Assembly (NCBI GenBank): GCA_018823285.1
Contig: JAHJIQ010000013.1
Coordinates: 89,593-153,592, forward strand
Length of the DNA: 64,000 nucleotides
Origin: Pseudomonadota bacterium
Lineage (GTDB): Bacteria; Desulfobacterota; Desulfobulbia; Desulfobulbales; JAGXFP01
Direction: 5' to 3'
Shown piece after piece: positions 1-9,034 of the stretch; within the stretch, counting starts at the first letter, position 1, and each line of letters opens with the position of its first letter. Under the pieces are notes generated by a model, which saw only the letters and a list, made by a program, of their open reading frames with translations, did not search any database and was not told where the DNA came from. The position numbers were made by a program, and so were the translations under genes.

Positions 1-981
1 AACGGAATAATCGATATTAACCCGCCCTTTCCTGCCAAAATAAAGGTCCTCATTTGCGTCAAGTTTGACCTCTTTTACCGGCCTGAAGATGGAAGCTACC
101 ACCCCCAGAGTCTGATCGGCGGGATCCTTCGCCTTCCCTTTTGCCGGACGGAACATGGAAGCAGCCACTTTCATGGTCTTATCGGCCCAGCTGGTGGTCT
201 GATTGGCCTGGTCTGCAGATCGCTCAACCCGACTTTCTGATCGCTCACCCTGCTGACTCTTGACCCGCTTTACCTGACTTCTCTCAACCCCTTCCCGGTT
301 CCCGGGCGGATCGGTTCGCCTCCCAGGTTCGCCATTCCCCCTGTGGCCTGATTTCTTCTCTTTTGCCGGCCGGAGCGCAGAAGTGACTATTCTCAAAGTC
401 TGGTCGGCCAGAATCAAAGTCTGGTCGCCCAGGTTTTCAGGGGGTCTCACCCGACCCGTTCCCCGAGCCTTGGGAATCCCTGTCTGCCCGGTTCGGTTTT
501 TTGTTTTCACTTTTGCCGGCCGGAACATGGCAGCGGCAACACTCAGGGTCTGATCAGCCCAGCTGATGGTTTGATCGGCCCAGCTTGAGGACTGATCAGC
601 CGGGGGTGTTGCCGGGTCTTCCGGAAGCAAAGGCTGATCGGCTCGCAGGAGCCCCCGGGGAGAGCGCCTGACCTTTTGTATTTTTCCTTGTTTTTTTATG
701 CCGGGTTGGGCAGGGTCTGAGTGGCTCTGGTCGGAAAATGCGCCATCAAGCAGTTCTGCGAAATTCTCTCTGTCCTCGGCTTGCGTACGCTCAAGAAGAT
801 CGACGTCATCATGCATCAGCAAGCGGGAAAGATTCGCGTCGTTGAGCGAGACGACCAGCTTCTTTTTGGCTCCGGACTTCGCCGCCGAGGCCCTGGGAAG
901 ATGCTCTCCGGATTTGCCAGAACCCACTTTAGTCGGTGAAATTTTTTCTTTTCCCGCGGGCTGTTTGTTCTGTCTTTGCAT
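1..981 (-). CDS. hypothetical repeat-containing protein; 3' end runs off the left window edge
   Basis: My own reverse-strand read. ATG at 981..979 (MQRQNKQPAGKEK...) stays open in frame down to position 1 (327 codons). It is absent from the supplied track, probably because there is no stop in the window. Four copies of a module ADQT(L/I)..ADQT....(M/I)FRP(A/V)K appear as DNA repeats near 74-124, 139-213, 360-433 and 509-585. Confidence 0.5.
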   Translation of the reverse strand, partial: MQRQNKQPAGKEKISPTKVGSGKSGEHLPRASAAKSGAKKKLVVSLNDANLSRLLMHDDVDLLERTQAEDRENFAELLDGAFSDQSHSDPAQPGIKKQGKIQKVRRSPRGLLRADQPLLPEDPATPPADQSSSWADQTISWADQTLSVAAAMFRPAKVKTKNRTGQTGIPKARGTGRVRPPENLGDQTLILADQTLRIVTSALRPAKEKKSGHRGNGEPGRRTDPPGNREGVERSQVKRVKSQQGERSESRVERSADQANQTTSWADKTMKVAASMFRPAKGKAKDPADQTLGVVASIFRPVKEVKLDANEDLYFGRKGRVNIDYSV

Positions 982-1000
982 AGCTCTCTCCACCCTGCAT

Positions 1001-3103
1001 CTATTTTGCCGGCAAACTGAAGACTTTACGCAGCGTACTGCCTACTCCATGCTTTTCAATAACGGCAAGCATCTCCTTGTTCCCCTCCGCCAGCTGCCGG
1101 GCCGACTCCTTCTTCATATTCTTTTTGTAAGGCCCTGCCCCGGCCGCAAGAAGGGCCTCTGCCGTTGCAACATGCCCGGCCGCCACCGCGAGCATCAAAG
1201 CGGTATCACCATGCAGATTTTTCAGGTCAACATCAGGATATTCTCCGACCAGCAGCTTAACCACCTGGTGATGCCCGTTCATGGCAGCCGCCATCAGCGG
1301 CGTATTTCCAAGTTTGCTCGCTTTGCTCACCGATGCCCCGGCACGCAACAATTCCTGAACAACATCGCTCCAGCCCTCAGCGGCCGCCATAAACAGCGGA
1401 GTCTGGCCATCAATATCGGCCAGATCGACATCGGCTTTTCCGGTGACCAGCATTTTGATGATTTCCGAATTGCCATTTTCTGCGGCAAACCAGAGAGCTG
1501 TCTGCTCTCCGGGACCAGAGGTATTGACATCGGCGCCGGACTGCAAGAGCGCTTGAACAGTTTCTGCCTGCCCTTCGCGTACGGCAAGCAACAATGGCGT
1601 CAAACCATCCTTGTTCTTGATATTGGCCTTGGCCCCGGCAGCAAGCAATGCAGCCGCTGTTTGCGGATGTTTTCCCGCAACAGCCGCGAACAGCGGCGAG
1701 TTCCCGTCTTCATGCCGCAGATTAACCACCGCTCCGTATTGGATCAGGAGCCGGACAGTCGCCAGCGCCCCTTCCTGCGCGGCCCAAGACAAAGCCGTCA
1801 TCCCGTTTCGTTGTTTGATCTCGGTTTTTGCCCCGGCGGAAAGTAAAAGAGCCACGATCTTGTCATGCCCCTGCCAGGCGGCCCGACTCAGCGCCGTATG
1901 CCCCTCCTCATCCTGCCAGTCAAGCTCGACTCCTTGAGCCAACAGAGCCTCAACAACCTTGATATTCCCGCGCCAGCAGACAACCATCAGGGTAGACCAA
2001 CCCTTGGTGGGGAGAATGTCCTTGCTGGCAATTTTTTTGACGGCAGGCGGAGTCTGCAGATCTTCGGCCAGAATAACCGGCGACCTGTGGCGGTCTTCAG
2101 CTTTTTTCTCAAGAACGGCGCCATGTCGCAACAAAAGACGAACGACCCCTTGATGCCCCCGCATCTCGGCAAGCTGCACGGCGGTCCTGCCCTTTTCATC
2201 CCTGGTATGGATCGCGACTTTGCGGGCCAACAGAATTTTCACCGCATCATCCAACCCTTTACCGGTAGCGACCAGCAGCGGGGTATTGCCGTTGGCATCG
2301 AGACTTTCCGGATCGGCGCCATAATTTATTAGATGAGTCAATGTTTCTGCAAGTTTCTCGGCTTTACCGCCATGGATCAGAGCCAGCAAAGCATCATTGC
2401 CATACCGGTCTCGCATATCGTGGCGCGCCTCTTTCTGCAGAAGGTATAGAACAACTTCGGCATGGGCAAAACTCGCCGCTTCCATGAGCGCGGTCCGCCC
2501 GTTGTCCCCCACATCATTTACATCAATCCCCGCCTCAACATACTGCCGTACTTTTTCAAGCTGGCCTTTCCGGGCCGCCCACCGAAAAGCATCCTCGGCC
2601 AATCTGCCATCCTGCCAGAGATTGAGGTCCCCGCCTTCGTCCTGATCCGCTTTTTTGCGGTCGCTTTCGGCAAAGTACCAGGCCCGTTCATCTTTTCCCG
2701 GGGCTGCTCCACTGTCAGGTCGCGGCGTATCCCACCCTTTTTTAACCATTGCCTCAAGTCCGGCGATGGCATTTTTGTGGCCCTTGTCGGCCGATTTTTT
2801 CATCCACTGATAGGCAAGATAAACATCCTTTTCCACACCCTTCCCCGTCCGGTAAAGACCGCTCAGCTGGTACATCGCCTCGGGATCACCTTCAATGGAC
2901 ATCGGTTTCAGCAGGAGAAACATTTTTTCATAATCCCTGATCCGGGCGGCAGCCTTCACCTCAAGCATTCTCGGATCAATCTTTTCTTCAACACCCGAGT
3001 CTGCGGCACGAGAAGTCGCCACCCCATCAGAACTGGAAAAACCGCAAAGAACAATCAGCGCAACCGCAATATTGATTAGCGCCAGGCGCTTACGGGGTCC
3101 CAT
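1001..3103 (-). CDS. secreted Sel1-repeat plus ankyrin-repeat protein
   Basis: 700-aa ORF with an N-terminal hydrophobic signal-like segment (LALINIAVALIVLCGF). Sel1-like motif (AMYQLSGLYRTGKGVEKDVYLAYQWMKKSADKGH). More than 10 ankyrin-type repeats follow (G.TALM.AA..GH..VV..LL..GA). The start overlaps the upstream gene's stop by 14 nt. Confidence 0.85.
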   Translation of the reverse strand: MGPRKRLALINIAVALIVLCGFSSSDGVATSRAADSGVEEKIDPRMLEVKAAARIRDYEKMFLLLKPMSIEGDPEAMYQLSGLYRTGKGVEKDVYLAYQWMKKSADKGHKNAIAGLEAMVKKGWDTPRPDSGAAPGKDERAWYFAESDRKKADQDEGGDLNLWQDGRLAEDAFRWAARKGQLEKVRQYVEAGIDVNDVGDNGRTALMEAASFAHAEVVLYLLQKEARHDMRDRYGNDALLALIHGGKAEKLAETLTHLINYGADPESLDANGNTPLLVATGKGLDDAVKILLARKVAIHTRDEKGRTAVQLAEMRGHQGVVRLLLRHGAVLEKKAEDRHRSPVILAEDLQTPPAVKKIASKDILPTKGWSTLMVVCWRGNIKVVEALLAQGVELDWQDEEGHTALSRAAWQGHDKIVALLLSAGAKTEIKQRNGMTALSWAAQEGALATVRLLIQYGAVVNLRHEDGNSPLFAAVAGKHPQTAAALLAAGAKANIKNKDGLTPLLLAVREGQAETVQALLQSGADVNTSGPGEQTALWFAAENGNSEIIKMLVTGKADVDLADIDGQTPLFMAAAEGWSDVVQELLRAGASVSKASKLGNTPLMAAAMNGHHQVVKLLVGEYPDVDLKNLHGDTALMLAVAAGHVATAEALLAAGAGPYKKNMKKESARQLAEGNKEMLAVIEKHGVGSTLRKVFSLPAK

Positions 3104-4442
3104 ACTTGGTCTCGATCGTAATCCCGATTTCCTTTAAAAACCCGGTGGGCAGAATGCCTCCGGCGCAAACAATGATCACTTCATTTTGGATTTCCATTGT
3201 CTCGCCACCCTTTTCGATTGTTACGTGGGGGGGAGTGATGCCCTTGACGTTCGAGCTCAACAGGACCTTTAAACGGCCGGCTTTTTCCGCTTCCTCAACC
3301 TTGATTCTGTTTTTCTCCTTGGCGCGTCCGAAGGCATCACTTCTGTAGGACAAAGTCACCGTTGTGCCGGACACGGCGGCGATGCTGGTCGCCGCTTCCA
3401 AAGCGCTATCCCCGCCGCCCACCACCAGCACATGCTTGCCCCGGTGATCATCCGGATCGATCAGGCGGTACACGACCTTGCCGTCATCTTCACCGCAAAC
3501 ATTAAGTTTTCGCGGGGTTCCGGCCCGGCCGATCGCCAGAAGAACAGCTCTCGTCCGATACGTTTCCCTGTTGGTTTTCACCTCGAACTCATCCTGCAGG
3601 GGGGTTATCTTTTCGACACTTTCACGGAAATTGATCTGAATTCCGGTCTTCTCCCGGGCGCTATTCCAGTACTCCAGAAGTTCCTCTTTGGTGGTCTCAA
3701 CAAACTTCGATTCACCAATTCCCGGAAGATAACTTGGGCGGGTCATCACAATTTTCCCTTTTGGATACTTGTAGACCGCGCCGCCAATACCGTCTTCCTG
3801 TTCAATGGTCACATATTTCAGACCATGTTCCTTGGCAAAAAGAGTTGCGGAAAACCCTGCCGGACCGGCACCAACGATGGCCACATCATATCTGTCCCCC
3901 TGACCTATCCCATCAAGATTGCTGATCGTCCTCATGGCCGCCACCCCCTTTTCCAATGCCCGGTGAATCAGCCCCATCCCGCCAAGCTCCCCGGCAATGA
4001 AAAGCCCCTGCACGTTTGACTCGAGATTCTCGTCAATTTTGGGAATATCAACTCCCCGGTTCCTGGTGCCGTAAACAAGGGTGATCGCGTTCCGCGGACA
4101 TACCACCGCACAGGCGCCATGACCAATGCAATAGGCCGGACCGACCAGGTGGGATTTACCGTTAATGATGCCCAGAACAGCATGGGCCCTCTGCTCGGGG
4201 CAAGCGGCCGCGCATGAACCGCAACCAATGCACCGGTTGTGATTAATCACCGGCCACATTGAGGAAGGCTCGGTAAGACCCGCTTCGATCGAGGCCTTCT
4301 GTTCGGCAAGACTCTTCCGGTGCTTCCTGAGCTTGGCTCCTGCATAAAGCAGAAAAATCACCAGCAAGGGCGAGGCATAGATTACAAGTGTGAGTTTTGA
4401 AACAAACATGGGATTAACTGGGCCAAACGCCTGTAATTTCAA
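3090..4442 (-). CDS. membrane-anchored 4Fe-4S ferredoxin domain / FAD-dependent pyridine nucleotide-disulfide oxidoreductase
   Basis: Two Cys clusters (CIGCGSCAAACPE; CIGHGACAVVCPRNA). Dinucleotide-binding motifs (VAIVGAGPAGFSA; VLVVGGGDSALEAA). N-terminal TM helix (LTLVIYASPLLVIFLLYAGA). The track start at 4442 is a TTG; an ATG at 4409 (MFVSKL...) is an equally plausible start. Confidence 0.85.
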   Translation of the reverse strand: MKLQAFGPVNPMFVSKLTLVIYASPLLVIFLLYAGAKLRKHRKSLAEQKASIEAGLTEPSSMWPVINHNRCIGCGSCAAACPEQRAHAVLGIINGKSHLVGPAYCIGHGACAVVCPRNAITLVYGTRNRGVDIPKIDENLESNVQGLFIAGELGGMGLIHRALEKGVAAMRTISNLDGIGQGDRYDVAIVGAGPAGFSATLFAKEHGLKYVTIEQEDGIGGAVYKYPKGKIVMTRPSYLPGIGESKFVETTKEELLEYWNSAREKTGIQINFRESVEKITPLQDEFEVKTNRETYRTRAVLLAIGRAGTPRKLNVCGEDDGKVVYRLIDPDDHRGKHVLVVGGGDSALEAATSIAAVSGTTVTLSYRSDAFGRAKEKNRIKVEEAEKAGRLKVLLSSNVKGITPPHVTIEKGGETMEIQNEVIIVCAGGILPTGFLKEIGITIETKYGTP

Positions 4443-4461
4443 ATTTATTCATAAGGTAAAA

Positions 4462-4478
4462 CAGCAAGCCTCCAGCCG
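4462..4478 (-). promoter_or_regulatory. candidate sigma-54 (-24/-12) promoter for the oxidoreductase/ankyrin operon
   Basis: The reverse complement reads CGGCTG-GAGGC-TTGCT, against the consensus TGGCAC-N5-TTGCW. The GG and GC have the correct 10-nt spacing. It lies about 20-55 nt upstream of the candidate starts, and a sigma-54 activator gene is adjacent upstream on the same strand. Confidence 0.3.
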
Positions 4479-5117
4479 TTCTCTCACGAGCCTGTTTGCA
4501 GTCTCATGTCAGCTTTACAAAACGCCGGTCTCACGAACCAGTCAACAGATGATGGCGGCCATCTCCTGCAGAATCAGGTCATGCTTGCTTACAATATCTT
4601 TTGTCAAATCCTAATAAATCACTCTAAATTGTCAACAAACCCCAACATCTCTAACACAACCCTGATGCAAACACAACAAATGTTCAGCGCCTTCAAGCTG
4701 CTTGGATATCAGGGGATTATGCGATATTTTGCGGAAGAGAAACGATACTCTTTTGGCGGGGACCCCGGTGACGGCACATTGTACCGGTCAAATCGCCAAT
4801 CGGTTATCTGCATGTTAAGGCATCAGAATTATTTCCAGTAATTGCGAGAAAACAGGTGCAAAATCATAAAGTCATTGATGTGGAGAAACGACTCATTGCA
4901 AATCGGACCAAGGTTAACCGGTTTATCTATTATCAATATCCGTGCCAACAATCCCGGAATAAAATAAAGCTCTTCATACCAGGCTCTTATAGATTTGCAG
5001 GAAGGTCTGAAGGCGTGCAGAAGTGACAAGCGACAGGAGCACTCGACGCATCTGTATACCCACAAGTGTCTAAACACCAGCCCGGATCTGATGTTGCGAT
5101 ATGGGCACCAGAGGTAT

Positions 5118-5285
5118 CCTAGTGTCGCGTCAAGGATGAAATGTCATAATATTTCTCCGGCATTTTTTGTGCCGGCAAGGCACGTGTTGGGTTGCATAGC
5201 AGCGCTATGTAACCCAACACGTAACGCAGGAGGCGCGAAAAACGACGGGAAAGATGTGACGGTTCAGAGTTGACGTGACACTAGG
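5118..5285 (+). other. roughly 168-nt nested imperfect inverted repeat (structured RNA or MITE-like element candidate)
   Basis: Outer 16-bp stem 5118-5133 / 5270-5285. Helix 5138-5146 / 5257-5265. Helix 5152-5159 / 5246-5252. Central 18-bp hairpin 5183-5200 / 5204-5221 with a 3-nt loop. It sits in a 930-bp AT-rich non-coding gap. Confidence 0.35.
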
Positions 5286-5373
5286 CAGTATGTGCTTCAG
5301 TTTATGGATTCCTGAGGGCAGAGCATGACTTCATGGAATTGCGACTGCAGGACTTGCAACCCGGGGTGCAGGA

Positions 5374-7137
5374 TTATTCGGCATGCGGACCGTCACCGGT
5401 CTTCTCCCCGATGCCATACTTGAGTATTTTGGTATACAGTGTCGCACGACTTATCCCGAGGAGCCTGGCCGTTTTGGCCTTGTTCCAGTCCGTGCTTTCA
5501 AGCGTTGCACAGATTGTTTCTTTCTCGGGACCGGTGCCCCGGGTGGAGCCCGGAGGATCCTCATGCTTCATAAAGTGCCGGAGAGTCGCGCTTTCCGACA
5601 ACAATTCTTCCGGGAGATGTTGTTGCCGGATCAGTTCACCGTCGCAGAGCGCACAGGCATAATGCAATGTACTTTTCAGCTCGCGGACATTGCCCGGCCA
5701 GTGGTATTCAAGAAAGATCTTCCGGACATTTTCATCCATTCCTTCAATGTTCTTTTTCAGTGCCTCCCGGAATACCCCTATGAAATGACTGGCCAGCAGG
5801 GGAATGTCCTCGACCCGCTCTCTGAGGGGAGGCAGCTGGATCATGAGACCTTTCAGCCGGTAAAAGAGATCCTCGCGGAATCTCTTCTCTCCGACCTTCG
5901 CTGATAAATCCTGATTGGTGGCCGCAATAACTCTTACATCCGCCTTCCGGGTCTCGGAATCCCCTACCACCTCAAACTCCCTGTGCTCAAGAAAACGCAG
6001 CAGTTTGGCTTGAAAAAGGGGAGAAGTGTCTCCAATTTCATCCAGAAACAGGGTGCCGCCCTCAGCCGCCTGGATCCGCCCGACCCTGTCCTTTACCGCT
6101 CCGGTAAAAGAACCGCGAACGTGTCCGAAAAGTTCACTTTCCAGAAGATTCTCAGAGAGGGCCGCACAGTTGACTTTTATCAGAGGATGGGCGGATCGGT
6201 TCCCGGCATAGTGGATTGCATCGGCGATCAATTCCTTTCCCGTACCGTTGGCGCCACAGATGAGGACATTGACATCCAGCTCGGCAGTCCGTTCAAGAAG
6301 ATCATAGATCTTCCGCATTTTCTCGGATTTGCCGATAATATTGTGGTAGCTGTGCTTGCTCAGAAGGGTGTTTTCAAGTTCTACCAGGCGAGTGACATCC
6401 CTGATTACGAGAACCGCCCCGCCAAGCTCATTCTGTTTTCTGATCAACGGAGCAGTGTTCAGGACCAGGGTCCTTTCCGCTCCCCCTTCACAATTACACT
6501 TGACCCGGTATTCTTTGACCGGTTTTCGGGTTTCAAGCGTCTGCAGCAACGGCTGCACACAGGCAACGGTGCCTCTCCCGATCCTTTCCTGGAATGACAC
6601 CCTATCTCCCGACATCCCGGGACAGATCTTGTCCAAGGGCCTGTTGGTATTGATAATCTGCAGCTGATCATCAACTGTGACAATGGTGTTCTCAATACTG
6701 TCAAAAATGGTTTGCAGCAGAAGATGCGACTCTTCCTTCTCACGGACAGCCTCAAGCAGTTCCAGTTGGGTGTTCACCCTGGCCAGCACCTCTTCCATCT
6801 TGAAGGGCTTGATAATATAGTCAACCCCCCCTGCCTCAAAGGCCATGACGATATCCTTGATCTCCGATAAAGCACTGATAAAAATAACCGGGATCCGGGA
6901 GGTTCGTTCATCGGATTTCAGGATGCGACACACTTCATAGCCGCTCATTTCCGGCATCATGATATCGAGCAGGATGAGATCGGGGGGATCCGAGCGAACT
7001 GATTCAAGAGAGGCGATGCCATTGGCGGCGGAAGTCACCTGGTAGCCCTGTCCGGTAAGGATCACCCGCAGAACGTCAAGGTTCACAGGCGTGTCATCAA
7101 CAATCAGAATTCTGTGTGGTTTTATTTGTTCTTTCAT
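5374..7137 (-). CDS. sigma-54-dependent response regulator (REC-PAS-AAA+-Fis HTH, NtrC family)
   Basis: REC domain ([14 protein letters not shown]...[17 protein letters not shown]). AAA+ sigma-54 interaction domain ([17 protein letters not shown]; [15 protein letters not shown]; [11 protein letters not shown]). C-terminal HTH ([22 protein letters not shown]). Confidence 0.9.
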   Translation of the reverse strand: MKEQIKPHRILIVDDTPVNLDVLRVILTGQGYQVTSAANGIASLESVRSDPPDLILLDIMMPEMSGYEVCRILKSDERTSRIPVIFISALSEIKDIVMAFEAGGVDYIIKPFKMEEVLARVNTQLELLEAVREKEESHLLLQTIFDSIENTIVTVDDQLQIINTNRPLDKICPGMSGDRVSFQERIGRGTVACVQPLLQTLETRKPVKEYRVKCNCEGGAERTLVLNTAPLIRKQNELGGAVLVIRDVTRLVELENTLLSKHSYHNIIGKSEKMRKIYDLLERTAELDVNVLICGANGTGKELIADAIHYAGNRSAHPLIKVNCAALSENLLESELFGHVRGSFTGAVKDRVGRIQAAEGGTLFLDEIGDTSPLFQAKLLRFLEHREFEVVGDSETRKADVRVIAATNQDLSAKVGEKRFREDLFYRLKGLMIQLPPLRERVEDIPLLASHFIGVFREALKKNIEGMDENVRKIFLEYHWPGNVRELKSTLHYACALCDGELIRQQHLPEELLSESATLRHFMKHEDPPGSTRGTGPEKETICATLESTDWNKAKTARLLGISRATLYTKILKYGIGEKTGDGPHAE

Positions 7138-7138
7138 C

Positions 7139-8044
7139 TCAGGCTTTCTTCACCGCGTGCCCCCCGAACTCTCTACGCAGGGCGGCCAGCACCTTGTTCT
7201 CGAAGGCATCGGGCTGCCTGGATTCAAAACGTCTGAACAGGGCGCTGGTGATGACCGGGGCCGAAACCCCTGTCTCCACGGCCTGCTGGACGGTCCAGCG
7301 CCCCTCGCCGGAATCGTCGACATAGCCCTTCAGATCGGCAAGTTCGGGGTCCCTGGCAAAGGCATCTTCAAGAAGTTCGAGCAACCAGGAACGGATCACA
7401 CTCCCCCTGTTCCAGAGTTTTGCCAGCTCGGAGTAATCCATCTCCACACCATAGGGAGAGGCTTCGAGGATCGCAAAACCTTCCCCGTAGGCCTGCATCA
7501 TTCCGTACTCGATGCCGTTGTGGATCATTTTGACGAAATGTCCGGCTCCCACCGGCCCGCAGTACATATAGCCGTTTTCCGGAGCCAGAGTTTTAAAGAT
7601 CGGTTCCAGGTATTCGAAGTCGGCCTTTCTGCCGCCAACCATGGTGCAATAGCCGACTTCAAGGCCCCAGATCCCCCCGCTCACTCCGGCATCCACATAG
7701 TGGATTCCCGGCCCGGCGAGAAAATCCGCCCTTCTGATGTCGTCTTTATAGAAAGAGTTGCCACCTTCAATAATGATATCCTCCGGGTCAAGCAGCTCTC
7801 GCAGCTGTTCGACATGGTCGTCCACAGTGCGCCCTGCCGGCAGCATAAGCCACACCACCCGGCGCCCTTCCAGCTTGCCTACGAGATCCGCGAGCGAAGC
7901 GGAACCGATCCCGCCTTCCCGGGCAAGCTCGTCAATCTTGTCCGGCGACCGGTTATAGGCGACAACCTCATGCCCACCCTGTATGAGTCGGCGGGCCATA
8001 TTCATCCCCATCCGGCCAAGACCTACCATGCCGATCTTCATCAC
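7139..8044 (-). CDS. gnd: 6-phosphogluconate dehydrogenase (decarboxylating), short ~300-aa type
   Basis: MKIGMVGLGRMGMNMARRL Rossmann start. Conserved GAGHFVKMIHNGIEYGMMQAYGEG block typical of 6PGDH. The stop lies 2 nt from the start of the downstream regulator. Confidence 0.8.
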   Translation of the reverse strand: MMKIGMVGLGRMGMNMARRLIQGGHEVVAYNRSPDKIDELAREGGIGSASLADLVGKLEGRRVVWLMLPAGRTVDDHVEQLRELLDPEDIIIEGGNSFYKDDIRRADFLAGPGIHYVDAGVSGGIWGLEVGYCTMVGGRKADFEYLEPIFKTLAPENGYMYCGPVGAGHFVKMIHNGIEYGMMQAYGEGFAILEASPYGVEMDYSELAKLWNRGSVIRSWLLELLEDAFARDPELADLKGYVDDSGEGRWTVQQAVETGVSAPVITSALFRRFESRQPDAFENKVLAALRREFGGHAVKKA

Positions 8045-8051
8045 ATTCTCC

Positions 8052-8897
8052 CTATACCATCAACCGGTTGTATTCCTTCTCCAGAAAACCGAGATGCATG
8101 TTTTCCTCTTCGATAAGACGGTAAAAGAGATCTTTCACCGTTGGTTCTGACGCCTGATGGGCCAGCCGGCTGTAGAGGTCCATCGCCTGAGTTTCAAACA
8201 TCATGGCCAACTCAAAAATGTGTTCCAGAGTCAGAAACTCCGGCCTGACCCGGGCCAGAAACTGGGAAACTGACCGCCCCCCCTCCATGGTGTCATCGAG
8301 GATGCCGATCTCCGGAATCGCAGAACGGTCTTCGACCAGATGCCGGTACTCCTCCATCAGCCACGCCTTGTGTTTGTCTTCAAATCCGGCCAGCCTCTCT
8401 AAAAGCCGCGCCTCTTCCGCTCCTTCGGCGAGTGCTGCCAGCCTCGCGTAAAACTTCTGCAACCCGTCTTCAAGGGCATAGGCAAGGACAATCCCGCTTT
8501 GATAATCCCCGTCACTGTCAAGAAGTTCAAGACCCTGAATTTCAGGCCCGGTTGCCTTGCGGCCGAACCATTTCTTGATCCCGCCGGACAGATTATACAC
8601 TTCCTGAAACCCTTTGCCGCTGAGAAACCTTGCCGCGATGGTGCTTCTCCCGCCGGAAGCGCAGTAAACAATAACCGGCTTTTGCGGATCCAGTTCTTTC
8701 AGCTTCTCCGCCAATTCTTTCATCGGGGCCAGAACCGCTCCCGGGAGATGCTCCGCCTCGTATTCCTTTGGCTGCCTCACATCCAGCAGGACGTACTCCT
8801 CAGCCAGATGATCGGCCATGAACTTCCTGACCTGTTCACTATCAAGATCATTTGTCTTAGAAAAAAAAGTCTTTAGATTCATATGCCTACCTTGCAA
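8052..8897 (-). CDS. rhodanese-domain sulfurtransferase fused to a ferritin-like/rubrerythrin-like helical domain
   Basis: Rhodanese active-site loop context (VIVYCASGGRSTIAARFL...NLSGGIKKW). The C-terminal half is helical with E..H-type pairs (EDKHKAWLMEEY; LIEEENMHLGFLEKEY). Confidence 0.75.
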   Translation of the reverse strand: MQGRHMNLKTFFSKTNDLDSEQVRKFMADHLAEEYVLLDVRQPKEYEAEHLPGAVLAPMKELAEKLKELDPQKPVIVYCASGGRSTIAARFLSGKGFQEVYNLSGGIKKWFGRKATGPEIQGLELLDSDGDYQSGIVLAYALEDGLQKFYARLAALAEGAEEARLLERLAGFEDKHKAWLMEEYRHLVEDRSAIPEIGILDDTMEGGRSVSQFLARVRPEFLTLEHIFELAMMFETQAMDLYSRLAHQASEPTVKDLFYRLIEEENMHLGFLEKEYNRLMV

Positions 8898-8905
8898 TCA
8901 CTGTT

Positions 8906-9034
8906 TCAATCCTTGTCCGTCAGAGCGCATTTTCCCTTCATCGGGCAGTCCTTGCAATGCCTGCCCTTGCGGATGTATTTCTCGCAACACTCGTCCTTTT
9001 TCTTCTGTTTCTTCTGCTTCTCTTTATCTCCCAT
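8906..9034 (-). CDS. small Lys/Cys-rich protein (42 aa)
   Basis: Internal Met of the 8906..9175 ORF: MGDKEKQKKQKKKDECCEKYIRKGRHCKDCPMKGKCALTDKD. It lies 8 nt upstream of the rhodanese gene on the same strand. No family recognised. Confidence 0.35.
   Translation of the reverse strand: MGDKEKQKKQKKKDECCEKYIRKGRHCKDCPMKGKCALTDKD

Noticed and set aside
60-600. A repetitive DNA pattern at the left edge that might have been a CRISPR array or satellite.
   Set aside because: The units are diverged, the spacing is irregular (about 65 to 220 nt), and all copies fall in one open reading frame encoding a repeated peptide module. These are coding repeats.
698-1846. Long ORFs on the strand opposite well-supported genes. 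Examples: 698..1846 (+), 13106..14113 (-), 20881..21588 (-), 23026..23775 (-), 29082..29981 (-), 39636..40466 (+), 53150..54364 (+) and 56071..56868 (+).
   Set aside because: Their translations are low-complexity and Arg/Pro/Gly-rich with no recognisable motifs. Each lies antisense to an ORF with clear family signatures. They are typical shadow ORFs of GC-rich DNA.
4506-5077. ORFs 4506..4841 (+) and 4829..5077 (-) in the AT-rich gap, considered as real small proteins or pseudogene remnants.
   Set aside because: There is no RBS and no recognisable motif. The two overlap each other, and their composition differs from neighbouring genes. I cannot support either as coding.
5159-5174. A sigma-54-like motif on the reverse strand (CGGCAC-AAAAA-ATGCC, with correct GG-N10-GC spacing).
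   Set aside because: It lies about 720 nt upstream of the nearest reverse-strand start codon. It is also embedded in the helices of the 5118..5285 hairpin element. The better-placed candidate is at 4462..4478.
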